A DNA stretch of 64,000 nucleotides from an uncultured Desulfobacter sp. (GTDB lineage: Bacteria; Desulfobacterota; Desulfobacteria; Desulfobacterales; Desulfobacteraceae). Location: NCBI GenBank assembly GCA_963665095.1, contig OY762069.1:32001-96000 (forward strand), read 5' to 3'. The notes under the pieces were generated by a model, which ran no database searches, was not told where the DNA came from, and was given only the letters and a program-made list of their open reading frames with translations. Position numbers and translations under genes: made by a program. Shown here one piece after another: positions 39,955 through 48,557 of this stretch (the first letter of the stretch is position 1; every line of letters begins with the position of its first letter).

Positions 39955-41172
39955 ATGGCGTTATGGTATTGTTCTGTATGTCATAAGGAATATGATCAGC
40001 CTGATAAACCCGAAAATTGCACAAACTGTCAGTCTGATCACCGGATGATTTTGTCAAGAAAGGATCTGCCGGACACCCTGGAAGGTGTCCGGGATCTGGC
40101 AAGGAAGAAAATGAAGGGTATTTGTGCGGTTTACCCCTTCTGTGACGGCAGTATGGACAAGATCTGCCAGAGGGAGAGTTATGGCAAGCCCATTGGGTTG
40201 GGCGGTACCGGTAAGGGGCTGTCATTTAAAAATAATGTCCAGGCCCTGGATGCTGTGAATCTGAACATGTCGGTTATTGGCGATCATTTTGAGCCCGATA
40301 CCAGAACATCGTTTCTCGGGCTGGATCTTGCCATGCCGGTGCTTCCCGCTTCCACTGCCGGGGCTGGAAAGTATAACGATGCGTTAAGTGAGACAGATTT
40401 CTGCAAGGCCGTACTCATGGGCGCTCGGGATGCCGGAACCATAGCCCTGCGCGGGGATACCTGGTTTTATACCCCTGATCACAATCCTGCGCTCAATGCC
40501 ATTGAGGGGTGCGGCGGATACGGCATTCCTATTTTTAAACCGCGATCCCAGGATGTGCTGAAAATCCTCATCGAAAAGGCCCTGAAGCTGGGGTGCCGGG
40601 CGGTGGGGGTAGATCTGGACGGGGCTGGTTCCACAATCATGGCCCGGCATGGACAGCCCGTATTCAGGAAAAGTGTCAAAGACATTGAAGCACTGGTCCG
40701 GTTCGCCGGCATCCCTTTTATTGCCAAAGGCATCATGCGGCCGGATGAGGCACAAATGTGCGCCGATGCAGGTGTTGCGGCAGTGGGGGTGTCAAACCAT
40801 GGGGGGCGCGTTCTGGACAGCACGCCCGGAACCGCAACCGTGCTTCCCATGATCCGGGCCCGGGTGGGTAATGATCTGGTTCTCACTGTGGACGGCGGTG
40901 TCAGGACAGGCTTTGATGTGCTGAAAATGCTGGCCTTGGGTGCCAATGCCGTTTTTCTGGGACGGGATATTATTCGTGCGGCAGTGGGTGGCGGTGCTTA
41001 CGGAGTGCGTCTTCATCTGGCACATATTGAAAAGATTTTAAAAAAGGCCATGTTTATGACCGGGATGAAAGATGTGGCATCCATTAACCCGGACATTTTA
41101 TTTAATTCAAATTTTAAAAGTCTTGAAAACGATGTAACAAATGAAGAGGAGGGAACATGGGAAAAGTTTTAA
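39955..41172 (+). CDS. FMN-dependent alpha-hydroxy acid dehydrogenase/oxidase family protein with N-terminal rubredoxin-like domain
   Basis: WYCSVC...PENCTNC; IAKGIM, VSNHGGRVLD, VDGGVRTGFDVLKMLALGA. Confidence 0.88.
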   Translation: MALWYCSVCHKEYDQPDKPENCTNCQSDHRMILSRKDLPDTLEGVRDLARKKMKGICAVYPFCDGSMDKICQRESYGKPIGLGGTGKGLSFKNNVQALDAVNLNMSVIGDHFEPDTRTSFLGLDLAMPVLPASTAGAGKYNDALSETDFCKAVLMGARDAGTIALRGDTWFYTPDHNPALNAIEGCGGYGIPIFKPRSQDVLKILIEKALKLGCRAVGVDLDGAGSTIMARHGQPVFRKSVKDIEALVRFAGIPFIAKGIMRPDEAQMCADAGVAAVGVSNHGGRVLDSTPGTATVLPMIRARVGNDLVLTVDGGVRTGFDVLKMLALGANAVFLGRDIIRAAVGGGAYGVRLHLAHIEKILKKAMFMTGMKDVASINPDILFNSNFKSLENDVTNEEEGTWEKF

Positions 41173-41594
41173 TTGTTTATGCGACAAGAGCCGGGGCAAC
41201 GCAGGGCATTGCCGATCTGATTGCCGAAGGTGTCAGGATCAGCGGCCATGAAGTGGTAATAAAAAAAGTTACAGAGATCAGTGGGGCCAAAGATCTTGAA
41301 GGATACGATGCGTATCTGTTTGGCTCCTCCACCTATCACGGTGAAATGATCTCTTCCATGAAACAGTTGCTGTTTATTGCCGAGCAGGCTGAACTGAGCG
41401 GGAAGCCGGCAGGGGCATTTGGTTCCTACGGATGGAGCGGGGAAGCGGCTGAAAGGATTTTTGAGACCATGGCACATATTTTTAGAATGTCTATGGTCCC
41501 TGACGGTCCCCTGATGCTCAAGGCGTCCCATCTTGAAGGCGGAATCAAGGCTGCGCATGGGTACGGAAAAAGTATCTGTGCCATGATGGGGTAG
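41157..41594 (+). CDS. Flavodoxin-like protein (FprA-type flavodoxin domain)
   Basis: VLIVYATRAGAT, FGSSTYHG, GAFGSYGWSGEA. Confidence 0.88.
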   Translation: MGKVLIVYATRAGATQGIADLIAEGVRISGHEVVIKKVTEISGAKDLEGYDAYLFGSSTYHGEMISSMKQLLFIAEQAELSGKPAGAFGSYGWSGEAAERIFETMAHIFRMSMVPDGPLMLKASHLEGGIKAAHGYGKSICAMMG

Positions 41595-41628
41595 TTGGTT
41601 TGGCTGTTATGGTTTAAGGACAGATGCA

Positions 41629-42642
41629 TTGCCGTATTTAGAGGAACCGGAGTTAAAAGAGCTGGACCGTCCTGATTTTCTTGAGTGGCTGGACCGGTTG
41701 TGGGGAATAAAGGTAAAAAAGGCCCGCCCTGATATGCCAATTCAGGGAAGTCCGGAACGCGCTTTATCCCGAGCTGTTTTTCAGGATCAGGGCGGCGCTT
41801 TATTTTTGCTGGAGAAATTTGCCCCGAATAAATTTGAGATGCGCGCCAGGGTTGCCGGAACCCTGGCGTATTTAAACAGGAACGGATTTCCTCTTGTCAT
41901 CTGTCCTGAATATATCCGTTCGCATACCAGCGAACTAAGAAAAGAGTCTCTATCATTCTGGGGGAATGCCTTTTTTCAGATAACACGGTTTTTGCCGGAT
42001 AGTACGGCACTGCCCCGGCCAGGCTGGCTTGAATCCCGGTCAGTGGGAAAGGCAATGGCCAAGGCACTGATCTCCATGTATCAGGCTGCTGCAGGAATTA
42101 AGCACCATATAGCCTTTCCGGTATTCTCCATCGTGACGTACATATATAAGCTGTTTGAGGATATGAAAATCCACCACCCTGCTTCGTACGCACGCTACTT
42201 ACCCATGCTTGAATTCCTTGAAAATGAGTTCATGGCTGGCCACCAGCGGTTGCCAGCCGTTTTCTGCCACGGGGATTTTCATCCGCTTAATGTATTGTGG
42301 CAGGGTTCTGACGTCATGGCTGTCATTGATTGGGAATTCACAGGAATCAAACCGGATTGTTACGATGCAGCGAATCTGATTGGATGCGCTGGAATCGAGC
42401 ATCCAGAGGGTCTGGCCAAGCCCATGGTGATTGAATTCCTCAACACTTTGCGAGAGACGCAAATCGTCAGTCCGTCAGGATGGCGGTGGTTACCGGAGTT
42501 CGTTTTAGCCCTGCGTTTCGCATGGCTTTGCGAGTGGTTGAGAAAGCAGGATGAGCAGATGTTGGAAACTGAAGCCGTATATATGGAGATCCTCATTCGT
42601 CACATGGAAGACTTAAGAGATATCTGGGGGATAAAAAAGTAA
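41629..42642 (+). CDS. APH/homoserine kinase type II-like phosphotransferase
   Basis: FCHGDFHPLNVLW, VIDWEF. Confidence 0.8.
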   Translation: MPYLEEPELKELDRPDFLEWLDRLWGIKVKKARPDMPIQGSPERALSRAVFQDQGGALFLLEKFAPNKFEMRARVAGTLAYLNRNGFPLVICPEYIRSHTSELRKESLSFWGNAFFQITRFLPDSTALPRPGWLESRSVGKAMAKALISMYQAAAGIKHHIAFPVFSIVTYIYKLFEDMKIHHPASYARYLPMLEFLENEFMAGHQRLPAVFCHGDFHPLNVLWQGSDVMAVIDWEFTGIKPDCYDAANLIGCAGIEHPEGLAKPMVIEFLNTLRETQIVSPSGWRWLPEFVLALRFAWLCEWLRKQDEQMLETEAVYMEILIRHMEDLRDIWGIKK

Positions 42643-42876
42643 TTTTATCCTTGATTTTTGTTTTCGCAATCTGTTATTGTCATGATAACTCATCTATTAA
42701 TCGAAAAAATTAACATTAATTTACGAAAAATCGCTTCACAGGTAATCGTGCTGTTTTGTGGGAATGCCTTTCACTGATATGTACCTGTATTTGATGGGAA
42801 TTCCCTGAAAACGGTTGTTTGGCTGATACGCAGGCCGGTGGCTGTCGCGGCTGCACAGCAGGTTTATGGTTTACTA

Positions 42877-42892
42877 TGGTATGCACCTTGCA
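42877..42892 (+). promoter_or_regulatory. Sigma54 -24/-12 motif
   Basis: TGGTATGCACCTTGCA, 70 bp before the ORF at 42963. Confidence 0.6.
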
Positions 42893-42962
42893 TTGTTTTA
42901 AGTTTACACGACCTGGATTGTTCAAATTATAACCCTGGTCAAATCAAGGAGGAATTTGAAAG

Positions 42963-43187
42963 ATGACGAGAAAAATTGCATATCAAAAGGCTAAGGGCGC
43001 ATCTGATACACATGGGATGCCTTTTTACGGTGCGATCAAATCTGACAACGAAATCTATTTTCAGATGGCCTCCTTGTTCCGGGAAGCGACAAAAGGAAGA
43101 AAACAATTGTCCGGGCAGTTGCTCCAGAAAATGTTGAAATCAAAACAGGCAAACAGTCCTGGAATAATGCCCATATATGATTTATAA
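42963..43187 (+). CDS. Small hypothetical protein (74 aa)
   Basis: AAGGAGG RBS and an upstream sigma54 motif; no recognised motif. Confidence 0.55.
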   Translation: MTRKIAYQKAKGASDTHGMPFYGAIKSDNEIYFQMASLFREATKGRKQLSGQLLQKMLKSKQANSPGIMPIYDL

Positions 43188-43300
43188 ACATACATCAGGG
43201 GCCCAATTGCACTGACGGTTTTTTTTACATGATGGAAAGCAATTTTAGAAAGAGCCGGGCGAAACAGAAAAAGTCAAGCTAAACAAAAGGAGTGTTATCA

Positions 43301-43681
43301 ATGGCTGAGAAAATGGGGATCTATAAATGTGAGAAATGTGGAAATATTGTTCAGGTGCTTCATGGGGAGCAACCTCCTGTGACCTGCTGCGGCAAGCCCA
43401 TGGAGCGTCTGGTGGAAAATACCGTGGATGCAGCAGTTGAAAAACATGTGCCTGTTATTGAAAAGATAGAGGGTGGATACAAGGTCAATGTAGGCAGTGT
43501 GGCACATCCCATGACCCCGCAGCACTGGATTGAGTGGATTGAACTGGTTTCCTGTGACGGCAGCTATGTACAGCGCCAGATGCTGACACCGAGTTCAACA
43601 CCTGAAGCTGTTTTCAAATGTGATGCGGACAAGGTTGAAGCCATGGCCTACTGCAATCTTCATGGCCTGTGGAAATCCTGA
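43301..43681 (+). CDS. dfx: Desulfoferrodoxin (2Fe superoxide reductase)
   Basis: [10 protein letters not shown]...[26 protein letters not shown]. Confidence 0.96.
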   Translation: MAEKMGIYKCEKCGNIVQVLHGEQPPVTCCGKPMERLVENTVDAAVEKHVPVIEKIEGGYKVNVGSVAHPMTPQHWIEWIELVSCDGSYVQRQMLTPSSTPEAVFKCDADKVEAMAYCNLHGLWKS

Positions 43682-43704
43682 TTGATGCTGGAAAGTTAAC
43701 GCTG

Positions 43705-43741
43705 AAAAGCCCGCTGTCCCATAGGAGAGCGGGCTTTTTTT
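43705..43741. terminator. Bidirectional intrinsic terminator
   Basis: AAAAGCCCGCT-loop-AGCGGGCTTTTTTT between convergent genes. Confidence 0.8.
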
Positions 43742-43766
43742 ACATCATTTCATTACTGCGAACAGT

Positions 43767-44237
43767 CTAAAGTTCAACAAGTTTTCCGGCCAGCAGTTTA
43801 ATATGGCCCATCTCTTCTTTGATAATGTCATCCACCTTTGACTTGCCGGCGTTTTGTGCCACCATCTCTTTGATGCCAAGATAAAACACAATGGAATCTT
43901 TCTCCGCAGCAATGGCTGAGGTCAGAATTTTTTTCATATCAGCCCCGGGTGCCTCTTTTTCAAAGAAAACCCTGGTATCAGCCAGGGCTTTTAGATAAAG
44001 TGCATTTTCATTATCAGGGTCGAATGTAAGTGCCTTGGTTTCGTCCTCGCTCAGATTTTTCTGCATGTCTGCAAAAATCTGTTCGTGGGAGTCTTCCATT
44101 TCAGCAAGCTCCGTAAGGAACTGCTTATGCCCGTCTCCATCTACCTGATCCGCAGCATCTCTGTAAAATTTGGCACCATTGATCTCTATCTGTTTCGCAA
44201 TTTCAAAAATATCATTTGCATTGAACTCATTGCCCAT
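43767..44237 (-). CDS. Ferritin-like diiron protein (rubrerythrin-family, no rubredoxin domain)
   Basis: AKQIEINGAKFY...EMEDSH; AEKDSIVFY...KEEMGH. Confidence 0.87.
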   Translation of the reverse strand: MGNEFNANDIFEIAKQIEINGAKFYRDAADQVDGDGHKQFLTELAEMEDSHEQIFADMQKNLSEDETKALTFDPDNENALYLKALADTRVFFEKEAPGADMKKILTSAIAAEKDSIVFYLGIKEMVAQNAGKSKVDDIIKEEMGHIKLLAGKLVEL

Positions 44238-44271
44238 GGTTTCCTCCTTATCTATCTGCGGTTTTTTTGTC

Positions 44272-44396
44272 TTACTCGGTCAGCTTTGCCTTGAGCGCTT
44301 TGCCAGATTCACACCGAGTTCAAAACATGTATCAAGATCTGCCTGTTCCGGGACATACTGCACTTTGACGCCCTGGTCAACAACTTCCGTCTTCAT
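44272..44396 (-). pseudogene. C-terminal remnant of a flavodiiron protein (FprA/Roo), frameshifted
   Basis: MKTEVVDQGVKVQYVPEQADLDTCFELGV, then after a 1-nt shift KALKAKLTE*; resembles flavodiiron C-termini; lies directly after rubredoxin. Confidence 0.7.
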
Positions 44397-44403
44397 TACG
44401 GCA

Positions 44404-44568
44404 TTACTCTTCCACTTTTTCAAAATCATCCTGAGATGCACCGCACAGGGGGCAGACCCATTCTTCGGGCATATCTTCCCAGGCAGTTCCCGGGTCCACG
44501 CCGTTATCTGGATCGCCTGCAGCAGGGTCATACACGTATCCGCAAATTGTACATTCATATTTGGCCAT
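44404..44568 (-). CDS. rub: Rubredoxin (54 aa; below the ORF-track cutoff)
   Basis: [62 protein letters not shown]. Confidence 0.97.
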   Translation of the reverse strand: MAKYECTICGYVYDPAAGDPDNGVDPGTAWEDMPEEWVCPLCGASQDDFEKVEE

Positions 44569-44646
44569 TTTTTTTCCTCCGTTAAAAAATATTAGTGTTG
44601 GTTACAACTTTGTGTCTGTGGACACAGTGGTTTTCATAATGTCACA

Positions 44647-44674
44647 CGGCAAGTTATTTGCAAGGCATATGCCA
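44647..44674. promoter_or_regulatory. Two overlapping sigma54 motifs on opposite strands
   Basis: Minus TGGCATATGCCTTGCA (44674-44659); plus CGGCAAGTTATTTGCA (44647-44662). Confidence 0.6.
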
Positions 44675-44937
44675 TGAAAGGCAATGCCGTAAAATAATAG
44701 GAATCTTTGGTATCCTTTATTTTTGTTTTCAACAACAGCTGTTTTTAAAGAACAGCTTAAAAATATTTGCCTTTTGCCAGTATGGTGATGCCGGGATCGT
44801 TCAAGATAATGGTTTTAAGTTACCTCGTATTCATATAATATGGGGCCTGTAAAATCAATGGAACTTTTGAACAGGGCCTTGTCAGATCCCGGCATTTTAT
44901 TTTTGTCTGTATATAGAAATCTGAAAGGCGCAAAACT

Positions 44938-46341
44938 ATGATACAAAAAGTATTCACCCGGAAAACCACCATCCATGCCCCAGTCTCAGAGGTTTTTCAC
45001 TGGCACACACGGGACGGGGCGATTAACCGGCTGACCCCGCCGTGGGCACCTCTTACTCTGGTATCCAGAAAAGGCCGGGGAATAGACAAGGACGTTGAAG
45101 TTACATTCAGGATAAAAGTTTTCGGTATCCCCATGGACTGGGAAGCCCGGCATTTTGATTTCAGGCAGGATGTGCTGTTCCGGGACCGCCAGACAAAAGG
45201 GCCATTTTCATTGTGGGAACACAGCCACCTGTTTCATCCGCTTCCCCCTGATTCCACCCTGATGGAGGATCAGGTCCGGTTCAGACTTCCTTTCGGAATT
45301 TTCAGCCTTCCTTTTTATGGATATGCCGAAAATCAGCTTGAGCGTATTTTTTCCTATCGGCATCAGGTTCTTAAATATGATATGGAACACCGGGTGGGCC
45401 GGATGCAAAAACAACGGATTTTAATTTCCGGTGCCTCCGGAACCATTGGACAGGCACTGGTGGCGTTTTTGCGGACCTGTGGCCATGACGTGGTCCGGCT
45501 GGTGCGTGATGAAAGGGATGCTTCAGATGATGTGCTTTTCTGGGATCCCTACCGGGATCTTCTGGATTTGGCAGCAGCCGGTCCCATTGATGCGGTGATT
45601 AACCTGAACGGCGTGGATATTTCCCGGGGGCGGTGGACGGATAAACAGCGGGCCGTCATCATGGACTCCCGGCTGACACCCACCCGGGTGCTTGCCGAAA
45701 AGATGGCCCGGATGGCCCAGCCACCCGCCACATTTATTTCTGCCTCGGCCATTGGTTTTTATGGTGAAGGCGGTGATGTGAAGCGGACTGAAGATGCGGA
45801 TGTGGGGAAAAGTTTCATATCCCGGGTTTGCAGCGAATGGGAAACAGCATCGCTGGGTGCTGCTGCCGCTGGCATCCGAACCGTTCAGATGCGAACGGGT
45901 GTGGTACTGACCCCTTCTGGCGGGGCACTTGAACGTATGGTGCTGCCTTTTTCTCTGGGTCTTGGGACACGGCTTTCCCACGGGCGTCAGTACATGAGCT
46001 GGATCAGCATGGAAGACATGCTGGGGGGAATTTTGCACATTCTTGAAAATAAAGAGATTCAGGGCCCGGTGAATCTGACCGCACCGGCCCCTGTAACCAA
46101 TGGAGAATTCACACATACCCTGGCCAGGGTGTTATCCCGGCCGGCGCCCTTTGTCATGCCCGGACCTCTGGTGAAAGCTGTCTGGGGAGATATGGGCAGG
46201 GAGACCCTGCTGGCCTCTGCCCGGGTGATTCCCCAAAAGCTTCTTGACAGCGGATACCGCTTTGTCCATGCCCGGCTTGAGCCGGCATTGCGCCATCTTC
46301 TCGGGAAGCCGGCCAGCAGACAAAAGACAGGTGTTAATTAA
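44938..46341 (+). CDS. SRPBCC domain fused to a TIGR01777 (YfcH-like) epimerase/oxidoreductase
   Basis: N-terminal RLTPPW, KGPF..WEH.H.F; ILISGASGTIG, SASAIGFYG, MSWIS, GPVNLTAP.PVTN. Confidence 0.88.
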   Translation: MIQKVFTRKTTIHAPVSEVFHWHTRDGAINRLTPPWAPLTLVSRKGRGIDKDVEVTFRIKVFGIPMDWEARHFDFRQDVLFRDRQTKGPFSLWEHSHLFHPLPPDSTLMEDQVRFRLPFGIFSLPFYGYAENQLERIFSYRHQVLKYDMEHRVGRMQKQRILISGASGTIGQALVAFLRTCGHDVVRLVRDERDASDDVLFWDPYRDLLDLAAAGPIDAVINLNGVDISRGRWTDKQRAVIMDSRLTPTRVLAEKMARMAQPPATFISASAIGFYGEGGDVKRTEDADVGKSFISRVCSEWETASLGAAAAGIRTVQMRTGVVLTPSGGALERMVLPFSLGLGTRLSHGRQYMSWISMEDMLGGILHILENKEIQGPVNLTAPAPVTNGEFTHTLARVLSRPAPFVMPGPLVKAVWGDMGRETLLASARVIPQKLLDSGYRFVHARLEPALRHLLGKPASRQKTGVN

Positions 46342-46361
46342 AATTTTAACAGGACCGGATT

Positions 46362-47465
46362 ATGACAACCAAACTGAAGATACTTTTCTCCTTTCTGATG
46401 ATCACAGCCCTGGCACTGGGCTATGTTGATATCTACTTTCCTGTTGAGGCATTCAGTTTTGAACGTCTTCATATCTTTTTGTTTAATCTTTGCACCGGCG
46501 GCACTATTCTGTTGTATTACACAGAGCGGCAGCCCCAGGTGTCCGGTCATGTGAAGCTGTTTTTCGGGCTCTCTCTGGTATATGCCTTTTCTGCGTTTTT
46601 CAAATGGTATCCGGTGACGCTGGCCGTATCTGTCATTCTCTGGGGGCTTGTTGAGAAAACCCGGATGAATAAATTTTCAGTGATTCCCTACCAGTTCCTG
46701 ATGCCCAAGGTGCCGGTGTCTGAAAAATTTCACCAGGCTGCCCTGTGGTGTCTCTCCATTGGTATTGCCCTGGCGTCTGTTGTCATCATAAACAATGAAT
46801 ATACCCACTGGGTAGAGATGGAAAAACTGACCCTGGATACATTTTTTCTCGGATACTCCTTTCCGCTCTCCCTGATTACGTTGTCTTTGGTTTTTGGCAT
46901 GCTTAAGGCCATCGAAGGGCCCCAGAGCAAAGCAATTATGGAACTGTGCTTCTGGACCATTACAGTGGGGGTGATCGTTTTTTTCATATTTATTCTGTTT
47001 GAAAAATTTCTGCCCCAGATATTTGTGACCGCAGCCTTGTTTACGGCCGTTGTCATGGTGTTTATGCTCTATTCCACGTTTGCGCAAAAAATGCAGCAAA
47101 AGCTTTTTTTAACTTCCGGCATCGGATTCCTTATTGTGACGGCCGTTACCGGAATTATATATATCTGTTTTCAGATGCAGGATGGCTATGACCCGGTTAA
47201 GACCAAATGGCTGCTTCATATCCATGTTTTTGCATCCCTTTACGGCTGGAATCTGTGCGGGCTGGCTGTCATCTGCCGGTTTGATGATTTTCCCATCCGG
47301 CTTCACTCTTTGACCGTGATCCTGGTCCACTGGTTGACCGCCCTGGTACTTGCACCCTTAGGGGTGTTTGTCGGATGGTTTGCCCTGCTGGCCATAGCCG
47401 GATACGCCTTTATTACTTTGACTTTGTTTTTTTCAGGAAACGGAAAATTACACTATGACCAGTAA
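46362..47465 (+). CDS. Polytopic membrane protein of unknown function
   Basis: About 11-12 hydrophobic segments; His motifs ERLHIFLFNL, EKFHQA, LHIHVFASLYGW. Confidence 0.75.
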   Translation: MTTKLKILFSFLMITALALGYVDIYFPVEAFSFERLHIFLFNLCTGGTILLYYTERQPQVSGHVKLFFGLSLVYAFSAFFKWYPVTLAVSVILWGLVEKTRMNKFSVIPYQFLMPKVPVSEKFHQAALWCLSIGIALASVVIINNEYTHWVEMEKLTLDTFFLGYSFPLSLITLSLVFGMLKAIEGPQSKAIMELCFWTITVGVIVFFIFILFEKFLPQIFVTAALFTAVVMVFMLYSTFAQKMQQKLFLTSGIGFLIVTAVTGIIYICFQMQDGYDPVKTKWLLHIHVFASLYGWNLCGLAVICRFDDFPIRLHSLTVILVHWLTALVLAPLGVFVGWFALLAIAGYAFITLTLFFSGNGKLHYDQ

Positions 47466-48447
47466 CCGTGAGCGGGCCAAACAGCTCCAGTGTCTTTTCT
47501 CCGGGGCAACCAGGGTACTTATCATGATCAATGCCGACCCGGATGCCATTGCATCCGCCATGGCGTTGAAACGTATTTTGTGGCGAAGGGTGGGGGAGGT
47601 GGTGATTACCTATTTCAACCGGATCACCCGGCCGGATAACCTTGCCATGATTGAATTTACCGATTCGGGTATGGTGCCGCTGGCAGACATAGATCTGTCC
47701 GCCTTTGATAAATTTGCGGTGGTGGATTCCCAGCCTGCCCATAGTGACAGTTTTTCCGGCATTGATTTTCATGCCATTGTGGACCACCATCCTCTTACGC
47801 CAAACAGTGCACCCTTTACAGATATTCGGCCGGAATACGGAGCCTGCTCCACCATGCTCACCGAATATCTGCGTTCCCTTAAGATCAAACCATCAGCCAA
47901 ACTTGCCTCGGCACTGATGCTGGGCATAAAAACAGATACGGCTGATTTTACCCGCCAGGCATCTTCCAGGGATATCCGGGCGTTTCAGTTTCTGTACCAG
48001 TATGCAGACATGAATATCGTCACCAAAGTGGAACGTGCCCTTATGACTGAAACGGATTTGGATTTTCTGGGCGAGGCCATCCGCCACAGAATGGTCCGAG
48101 ACAACCGGGTTTTTTATCATGCCGGTACCATGAACAAGCCGGATGAACTGGTGGTGGCAGCTGATTTTTTTCTCTCCATTGCCGGGGTAAACTGGAGTGT
48201 GGTTTCCGGTGTGGTGGATAAAAAACTGATCGTGATTCTGCGCAATGACGGCCTGCGAAAAGGGGCAGGTAAAACCGCCCAGGAGGCGTTTGGCAAGTTC
48301 GGATCTGCCGGGGGGCACAAAACCATGGCAAGGGCGGAGCTGAATATATCCCTGATCCGAAAGGAGATAAAACGGGTAAACCGCAAGGCCCTGTCAGAAT
48401 GGGTGGTTGAACGTATCACCCAGACGGCCGGGAAAAAAATTGAATAA
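47455..48447 (+). CDS. DHH/DHHA1 family phosphoesterase
   Basis: NADPDAIAS, VVDSQP, VDHH, GIKTDT, SAGGH. Confidence 0.88.
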   Translation: MTSNRERAKQLQCLFSGATRVLIMINADPDAIASAMALKRILWRRVGEVVITYFNRITRPDNLAMIEFTDSGMVPLADIDLSAFDKFAVVDSQPAHSDSFSGIDFHAIVDHHPLTPNSAPFTDIRPEYGACSTMLTEYLRSLKIKPSAKLASALMLGIKTDTADFTRQASSRDIRAFQFLYQYADMNIVTKVERALMTETDLDFLGEAIRHRMVRDNRVFYHAGTMNKPDELVVAADFFLSIAGVNWSVVSGVVDKKLIVILRNDGLRKGAGKTAQEAFGKFGSAGGHKTMARAELNISLIRKEIKRVNRKALSEWVVERITQTAGKKIE

Positions 48448-48511
48448 TTCCTTAAAAGAACAGAGGCAACAATATTAAATACAATACAATTCGCATACGT
48501 TTAAAAAACAT

Positions 48512-48545
48512 AAAAAGCCGATAAAGAATTTTTTATCGGCTTTTA
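48512..48545. terminator. Bidirectional intrinsic terminator
   Basis: AAAAGCCGATAAA-loop-TTTATCGGCTTTT between convergent genes. Confidence 0.8.
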
Positions 48546-48557
48546 AATTTGGATTCT

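Noticed and set aside
44280..44558. 92-aa ORF in the track
   Set aside because: It is an off-frame reading of rubredoxin running into the fprA remnant
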